Notes under the pieces: generated by a model
Seen by the model: only the letters and a program-made list of their open reading frames with translations
Told to the model about the DNA's origin: nothing
Databases searched by the model: none
Origin: Acidobacteriota bacterium
GTDB lineage: Bacteria > Acidobacteriota > UBA6911 > JACQSX01
DNA: 13,325 nt
Direction of reading: 5' to 3'
NCBI GenBank assembly: GCA_036507075.1
Contig: DASXQR010000231.1
Span: 1-13,325, forward strand
Position numbers and translations under genes: made by a program
In this document: positions 8,013 through 13,325 of the stretch, piece after piece
Numbering within the stretch: the first letter of the stretch is position 1
How the letters are laid out: the number at the start of each line of letters is the position of its first letter

Positions 8013-10270
8013 TTCTGTGCCACCGGCATGGTCGCGAACTGGCGTGGGCGCGTCTGGATCACCGTGGCTGCAACACGACCGTTTGTCCTTATCTTCACAA
8101 CAGCCAGCAGATTAGAAAAGTTGACGGGCTGGTTCCACCTCAGCTGCCCGACGAACTTGGCTGAGTGACCGCCGGGCCTGATGGCATCGTCGCCGTCGAT
8201 TTTCGCTGTCGCCAACAGCCTGCCATCGAGGTCGTACAGCTCGACGTCGGCTGTAACGTTGCTGCTCTCTTCAAGGCTCATCAAAGCGATGCCGGTGTCG
8301 GTTCCCAGGGCGGTGTTGGTCTCGATCGGGGCGGAAAATCCGCTTAATAAACCGGCGCTCGACCCGACGCCTGCGACGCCGAAATCTCCGCCGAAGATAA
8401 TCACGCCGGCGATCGGCCGCACAGCGCTCACGGCGACAGAACCGCCGCGCAGAGGACCGTTGCCGCTCGTCTTGAGGATGCGGAGACCGCCCGCCGGAAT
8501 AATGAGCGTCTTCGTTCCGTTCACGGTTTCACCATTCAAATCGACCGTCATCAGCGCGCCGGTGTCATCGCGGACCGTCAGCGTGACTTCGGTCTCAAGA
8601 GCGGTCATGGTGAGAAGCATGATCTCGCTCGTGATTCTCTGCGTGCCGGTGACAATCCCCGTTCCGAAATGCGCAAAATTGAGTCGCGTGTTGGAAGCAT
8701 CGCCCGTAAGCGGCACGACGGGAAGTGTCGCGTATTCGCTCGGCGTAACCTGCACGACGGTGCCTGCAACTCTGCCGTTTGTGGTAACCCGCAGGACCGC
8801 CTGCAGGTTGGAGAAGTTCAGCGCCGGTGTCCAGGGCAGTTGCGACAGGAACAATGCCCTGTGGCCTCCTGCAGCAATGGCGTTAGCGCCGTCGAGCCGC
8901 GCGGTCGCAAACTGCCGGCCGTCTGTGTCGGCCAGTTGGAATGTTGCGGTTAATGCGTTCGTTTCAAGATTCATAACCGCGATTCCCATATCCGTGCCCG
9001 TGGCGCTGTTGGTTTCCATGGGCGCGACAAAACCACCGCTCATGGGAAGGCTGTTGCCCACTCCTGCCAGGCCGAAGCTCCCGCCAAAGAGAATCACACC
9101 CGCCAGCGCGTTGTCGGAGCTTACGGTGGCCGACCCCGCCGTGAGCGGCCCCTGACCGTCTGTCTTCAACACCCGCATCCCTCCTGGCGGGATCGTGAGC
9201 GCCCTGTTTCCAACGACAGGCTCACCGTTCAGCCTGGTGGTCAAATTCCGCCCCAGATCGTCGCGGAGCGACATGGTGGCGTTGGTCACCACGGTGGACT
9301 GATTCAGCAACATTGCCTGGCTGAAGACTTCAAACGTGGTCCCCACTTTGCCGTTGCCGAATTGAGCAAAGTAGAGCTTGAAATTACCGCCCAGTGTGGC
9401 GATCTTTCCCGCAGTAGCAACAACACCGGGGCCGGCAAGGAGGTCGGAATCGGGAAACCCATCATGGTCAAAATCAAAGGCCATCGTATCCGGGGTTCCA
9501 TCGAGATCGGTGTCGCCCATGGGAATGAAAATTTGCGGGACCTTGTTTTTGGCTTGAACGCCGAGCACGGACGAAAGAGCCCAGGGAATGGTCGCAAAGT
9601 CCGCCTTGCCGTCATTGTTGATGTCCACGCCGACAAAATTGATCGTGGTAGCGGGCAGAGTGGTAAAATTATCCTTTCCTTCAATTCTAAATGCTTCGTA
9701 AATACCGTTGTTATCTCCATCGATCATGTTCAGCGTGTAGACAGCCGGAAGATTGTGCGTGAAGCGCACCTTGCCCGGGGGGACATAGGGAGTGGAGCCG
9801 GCCGCGTCGGTGATGCGGAGTGTTCTAGGCCTGCCGTTTGCGTCGAAATTGGAAAACTCCGCAGCGATGGTTTGGGTTCCGAACTGGCTCGTGAAGCGGA
9901 CCGTTCCCGTCAGAAACCTGAGGCTTCCGGGCTGCGGATTTGAAAGGGCAGCCGTTGTTTGGCCCGGAAAAAGCGGCCGATACTTGGTGCTGACGAGCGA
10001 GAGGTTGTTTGAGCTTCGGCTGGCGTCGATGGGTTCATCGGCCGAGTCGGGCATTCCATTTCCGTTTGTGTCGGCTCTCGCCATGCTTGTCCAGGGATCG
10101 GCAGTGGGCGGAAGAAATGCTCCCGAACCGGACGTCTGCTGGCGGTCGAAATTCGAAGGCCCCCTTTTGACTGCTTCCGTGCTGGTCAGGGAAACGCTCA
10201 CGACCAGCAGAACGAATATCGCAATCAGGATCCATCTTTCTTCTCTCAGACCGGGATGCTTCAAATTCAT
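8009..10270 (-). CDS. Secreted hypothetical protein, 753 aa, with DxDxDG-type Ca-binding motifs and two tandem ~225-aa beta-rich domains
   Basis: SD GGAGGAG upstream (ctcctcc near 10278-10284 on +). N-terminal hydrophobic segment. Motifs DTNGNGMPD, DGDNNGIYE, DINNDGKAD, DTDLDGTPD, DFDHDGFPD. Duplicated units KLYFAQFGNG...YATLPV and RLNFAHFGTG...FATMPV. Confidence 0.88.
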   Translation of the reverse strand: MNLKHPGLREERWILIAIFVLLVVSVSLTSTEAVKRGPSNFDRQQTSGSGAFLPPTADPWTSMARADTNGNGMPDSADEPIDASRSSNNLSLVSTKYRPLFPGQTTAALSNPQPGSLRFLTGTVRFTSQFGTQTIAAEFSNFDANGRPRTLRITDAAGSTPYVPPGKVRFTHNLPAVYTLNMIDGDNNGIYEAFRIEGKDNFTTLPATTINFVGVDINNDGKADFATIPWALSSVLGVQAKNKVPQIFIPMGDTDLDGTPDTMAFDFDHDGFPDSDLLAGPGVVATAGKIATLGGNFKLYFAQFGNGKVGTTFEVFSQAMLLNQSTVVTNATMSLRDDLGRNLTTRLNGEPVVGNRALTIPPGGMRVLKTDGQGPLTAGSATVSSDNALAGVILFGGSFGLAGVGNSLPMSGGFVAPMETNSATGTDMGIAVMNLETNALTATFQLADTDGRQFATARLDGANAIAAGGHRALFLSQLPWTPALNFSNLQAVLRVTTNGRVAGTVVQVTPSEYATLPVVPLTGDASNTRLNFAHFGTGIVTGTQRITSEIMLLTMTALETEVTLTVRDDTGALMTVDLNGETVNGTKTLIIPAGGLRILKTSGNGPLRGGSVAVSAVRPIAGVIIFGGDFGVAGVGSSAGLLSGFSAPIETNTALGTDTGIALMSLEESSNVTADVELYDLDGRLLATAKIDGDDAIRPGGHSAKFVGQLRWNQPVNFSNLLAVVKIRTNGRVAATVIQTRPRQFATMPVAQN

Positions 10271-10443
10271 GAGATCACTCCTCCAAACTGGTCACTTTTA
10301 ATTCGATTATCGCAGAAAGCCGCCTTGGCACGGGCTGCAGGGGTCGGCTCAAATTGCTAAATTATCCCGGAAGTTGCAGAGAGTTTCAATGGTTGCTTTA
10401 ACAACAGATAGTGGTTGCGGGTTTCAAAAATTCGAGTCAGAGC

Positions 10444-10507
10444 TTTCCACCACAAAGGCACAAAGAGCACGAAGCAAGATGCGGGGGCAGGCAGAGGTCG
10501 GTCAGGT
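10444..10507 (+). repeat. Solo diverged arm of the 1501-1658 palindromic element
   Basis: tttccaccacaaaggcacaaagagcacgaagcaagatgcgggggcaggcagaggtcggtcaggt aligns to the reverse complement of 1596-1658 with about 11 substitutions and 1 indel by hand count. Confidence 0.88.
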
Positions 10508-10547
10508 GCCCAACGGTGAACGCGCCAAAGGGTTTGAAAGGTGAGGT

Positions 10548-10581
10548 TTTGAAATAATAGGGGCGGCCTGAATGGCCGCCC
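10548..10581 (-). terminator. Probable intrinsic terminator of the M48 gene
   Basis: 8-bp GC stem GGGCGGCC (10561-10568) / GGCCGCCC (10574-10581) with a 5-nt loop, 16 nt past the stop. Followed on the minus strand by CTATTATTT, an imperfect U tract. Confidence 0.65.
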
Positions 10582-10597
10582 GATTCGCCGAGTTCTC

Positions 10598-12022
10598 CTA
10601 TCCGACGATCTGAACAGAACGGACCACGTTCTGGAAAGCGTTCTGGTAGTTGCGATAGTCCTGCTCGGGCGCCACTGTGATGATGTAGAACAGATTTCCG
10701 TCGCGCATCAGCGTAGTGTAGATGGTCACGACCTCCGTCCGTCCTGTGGCTTCCGAAATATTGCTGAAGACAGCGCTCAGACCCTGATAGCCGGCAACGG
10801 TGGCACGCTGGTATCCGGACTGCTGTCGCATGTTGGGATTCCCCTGGCTTAATGCCGCCACAAATTCTTCGGTGGCATCCCGTAGATTGTGCATCTCATT
10901 GCGTGTCAGCCCAATCTGGACGCCGTGGGTAAACACGTCATGGCCTCGTACTTGTCCGTATGCGCCATCGGGAGCGAAAGTCACCGCGTTGTTGCCAGAG
11001 AGCTCGCGCCAGTTTTCGGGCACGCTCACTCGGAACAGGTTCCCTTCGTTGTAGGTTCGATAACGACCGGAAGGCGCTTCGACGCGCCCGCCGACCTGGG
11101 TTCCCGATGGATAGGTTCCACCTTCCCGCCTGCCTCGGCCGCCGCCGCGCATGATTTCTTCTGTTGAACGAGCGGGAGCCAGACCGCCCAGAAGTGACTG
11201 GACCCGGGCGAATTCACGAGTGTCGCGAACAGGATTCTGGACACGCAGAGATTGGGCCTCGTCGCGGATATAAGCGATCCGGTTTCCCGGATTGGGGTGG
11301 TCGCTGAGCCATTGCGGGCCGCCGCGTCCACCCTGTTTTTCGATGATTTCAAACATATGCGCCATATCCATTGGGTCGTAACCGGCGCGCGCCATGGTCT
11401 GTGTGCCCAGAAGGTCGGCCTGCTTTTCGTATTCCCGGCTGAATCTCAAAAATGCCGCTCCCAGTCCGAACTGGCTTCCCTGCGCGACGACGCTTCCGAC
11501 GTTGCCGCCGATGATGGCCCCGAGAATAGCCCCGGCCACGGCGCCCACTTGATACTTCTGGGCCTTGGTGGCCTGAGCTGTGCCGTGACGGAGTGCGACG
11601 TGGCTCATTTCATGCGCCATTACTCCGGCGACTTCACCTTCCGTCTCTGCCGCTTCAATCATTCCACGATTGACATACATCGGCCCTCCGGGCAGAGCAA
11701 AAGCGTTGATATCTTTGGCGTCCACGACCTTGAAAGTGTAGCGGAATTCCGGGTGTTGATATTCTGGGGGAATTGAAGCCGCCAGTTTGCGGCCCAGGTT
11801 TGAAATATAGGAATTCACCTCTGGAATCCCCAAAATCGGCAATTGTTTATCCGCTTCCGCCGCCGCCTGCTGGCCGAGCTCTACGTCCTGGCTCACACTG
11901 TACTTGTTGCTGGGCGGTTTGATCCTGGTTTGAGCAAGGCCGGCAATCGGCGTTGCCACAATCAGGAAGGCCATCAGACACGCAAGTATTCTGTTTCTCA
12001 GGTAATTATTCATTGCATTCAT
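10598..12022 (-). CDS. M48 family Zn-metalloprotease (BepA/YfgC-like) with extra C-terminal domain, ~474 aa
   Basis: INAFALPGG, HEMSH (HExxH), FSREYEKQADLLG, WLSDHP and a signal peptide. Start moved from 12064 to 12022 because GGAGG (12034-12030) lies 7 nt upstream of that ATG. Confidence 0.92.
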   Translation of the reverse strand: MNAMNNYLRNRILACLMAFLIVATPIAGLAQTRIKPPSNKYSVSQDVELGQQAAAEADKQLPILGIPEVNSYISNLGRKLAASIPPEYQHPEFRYTFKVVDAKDINAFALPGGPMYVNRGMIEAAETEGEVAGVMAHEMSHVALRHGTAQATKAQKYQVGAVAGAILGAIIGGNVGSVVAQGSQFGLGAAFLRFSREYEKQADLLGTQTMARAGYDPMDMAHMFEIIEKQGGRGGPQWLSDHPNPGNRIAYIRDEAQSLRVQNPVRDTREFARVQSLLGGLAPARSTEEIMRGGGRGRREGGTYPSGTQVGGRVEAPSGRYRTYNEGNLFRVSVPENWRELSGNNAVTFAPDGAYGQVRGHDVFTHGVQIGLTRNEMHNLRDATEEFVAALSQGNPNMRQQSGYQRATVAGYQGLSAVFSNISEATGRTEVVTIYTTLMRDGNLFYIITVAPEQDYRNYQNAFQNVVRSVQIVG

Positions 12023-12210
12023 TAATCGTCCTCCAAAACAGGGGTGGTTGCGCCACAATTCCACGCCCTCTACAGGGTTTAGAGAGTCTGGCGCTCAATT
12101 GGTTTCATCGACGCCCTTCTCATCGGCCCGCGCGCCCGCGGACCGGGCTCTTTTACTTGCCTGAACCAATTACATTTAATCATTGAAATCTCCGCCCGCA
12201 ATTTAACGCT

Positions 12211-12226
12211 TATAATCACCTCGATG
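12211..12226 (+). promoter_or_regulatory. Candidate -10 box for a leaderless transcript
   Basis: Perfect TATAAT at 12211-12216, 7 nt before ATG 12224. No SD and no well-spaced -35. Confidence 0.45.
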
Positions 12227-13036
12227 CGTCGTGCCGACCTGCTTGCCATGCTGGTTTTATTACTCCTTGCAAGCCTGTCTGTGTTGCGTTGGGCCCCGCA
12301 GAGGATGGGCACACTGGCCGATTACGCACCGCAGGGTCCTGTTTTCTATTTTGAAATAGCGCCAAGATCGATGTTTCTCGGGAATGCGGAAAAACTGGCG
12401 AATTTTGGGCAGGACCAACAGTGGCTTGCAAACGCCCTGGCCAAGATGCCGACCGGGGAGCGTCCCAGGGTTCAAAAGCTGCTCTCTGATCAATCTACCC
12501 GCATTGCTCTGAGCATATCCGATCTTCACGCTGCGCCAGCGGGCGCCACAAAGCTGGAATTTCTGCTGCTGGCGCAAACCTCCCGGGAGCACTTCTCCGA
12601 TCTGGCTTTGGTTGGCGACCGATGGCTGCGTGCCGCGCTTCCACCAGGGCATGCAGTTGAGATGCAATCCCGGCCGCGGCTGGGCGCGCTGGTCGGCGAG
12701 CCGCCAAAGAGACTTTACTATTATGAGGATTTCCCGCTGTATGCTGTATCCAACAGCCCTGGCCTGATTTCCTTGTTGCTTGAGATTCGCTATCGGAACC
12801 TTCCTTCCCTCGCGGCACAGAGGGAATTTCGGAATACCCGGCAGGCGCTCGCCAGCGCCGGCGGGGCCGTGCTGTACGTGAACCTGCGCCGTCTTACACC
12901 GGCGCGCTCGAACGTATTTCTAAGTCCTTTTATGATTCTGCAGGCTTTGAACATCACCGATTGGGCCACGCTCGCCTACGGTTGGGACGATGTGCGCGGC
13001 GAAATAGTACGCAGGACCATCCTGATCAGGCGTTAG
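12224..13036 (+). CDS. Hypothetical exported or membrane-anchored protein, 270 aa (weak DUF3352-like resemblance)
   Basis: Longest ORF in the gap, with an N-terminal MRR + hydrophobic segment. The C-terminal VSNS...SLA...F...LYVNL pattern is only reminiscent of DUF3352. Confidence 0.7.
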   Translation: MRRADLLAMLVLLLLASLSVLRWAPQRMGTLADYAPQGPVFYFEIAPRSMFLGNAEKLANFGQDQQWLANALAKMPTGERPRVQKLLSDQSTRIALSISDLHAAPAGATKLEFLLLAQTSREHFSDLALVGDRWLRAALPPGHAVEMQSRPRLGALVGEPPKRLYYYEDFPLYAVSNSPGLISLLLEIRYRNLPSLAAQREFRNTRQALASAGGAVLYVNLRRLTPARSNVFLSPFMILQALNITDWATLAYGWDDVRGEIVRRTILIRR

Positions 13037-13091
13037 GGAGAGGGGTCGCCAGGGGAGCCGCGCGCATAAGCAAGCAAGCGGACCCTCTGGT

Positions 13092-13237
13092 GTCATTGGT
13101 CATTAGTCATCAGTCATTAAGTGCAGTGCGAAAGTTCAGGAGCTTCGTGCCTCGGGACTGAAAAAATTGAACCACCAAGACACCAAGCCAGGTTTCCACA
13201 ATGACCAATGACCAATGACCAATGACCAATGACCAAT
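13092..13237. repeat. Inverted pair of 7-mer arrays (GTCATTR x4; CAATGAC x5.5)
   Basis: 13092-13119: gtcattg gtcatta gtcatca gtcatta. 13199-13237: caatgac x5 + caat. 79-nt spacer. Confidence 0.95.
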
Positions 13238-13325
13238 AGGGGTATTTACTTGACTCCACCACGTACTACAGGTTGTGGTTTGATCAGAGTTGAAAATGGA
13301 GCTGGCTCGACCTGCACGGCCTGCT

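Noticed and set aside
8181..9155. 324-aa plus-strand ORF and other long antisense ORFs (3222-3824, 6510-7097, 9362-9943)
   Set aside because: They are shadows of well-supported genes on the opposite strand and show no recognisable motifs.
10325..10340. Sigma54-like TTGGCAC...TGCA
   Set aside because: -24/-12 spacing is 2 nt too short and it points away from the nearest gene start.
11963..12064. ORF-track start of the M48 gene at 12064
   Set aside because: A strong GGAGG 7 nt upstream of ATG 12022 and the signal-peptide position favour the later start.
1..13237. CRISPR array interpretation of the repeats
   Set aside because: Units are 7-9 nt and contiguous with no unique spacers, and there are no cas genes.
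13296..13325. Possible CDS start at ATG 13296
   Set aside because: Only 10 codons are visible and there is no clear SD, so it cannot be supported.

Overview
Bacterial window, possibly Acidobacteriota-like (inferred from the style of the secreted proteins). It has eight intact genes: a LarA-family Ni-pincer racemase, LemA, a DUF2207 membrane protein, a PqaA-family hydrolase, an M28 peptidase, a 753-aa secreted protein with a tandem duplication, an M48 metalloprotease and an exported hypothetical protein. There is also one frameshifted four-helix-bundle (TIGR02436/Avd-like) gene that the ORF track only half captures. The notable signal is intergenic: five gaps hold the same architecture, a short-unit tandem array, a spacer, then the reverse-complement array. 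Four different units are used (8-mer AGGGATGG twice, 8-mer GGRGAGYG, 7-mer GTCATTR, 9-mer-based CACRAAGRV). One element carries the four-helix-bundle gene inside its loop, the other four are empty, and there is a solo arm at 10444-10507. This suggests a family of inverted-microsatellite cassettes with full and empty forms, mostly abutting stop codons. The mechanism is inference only.
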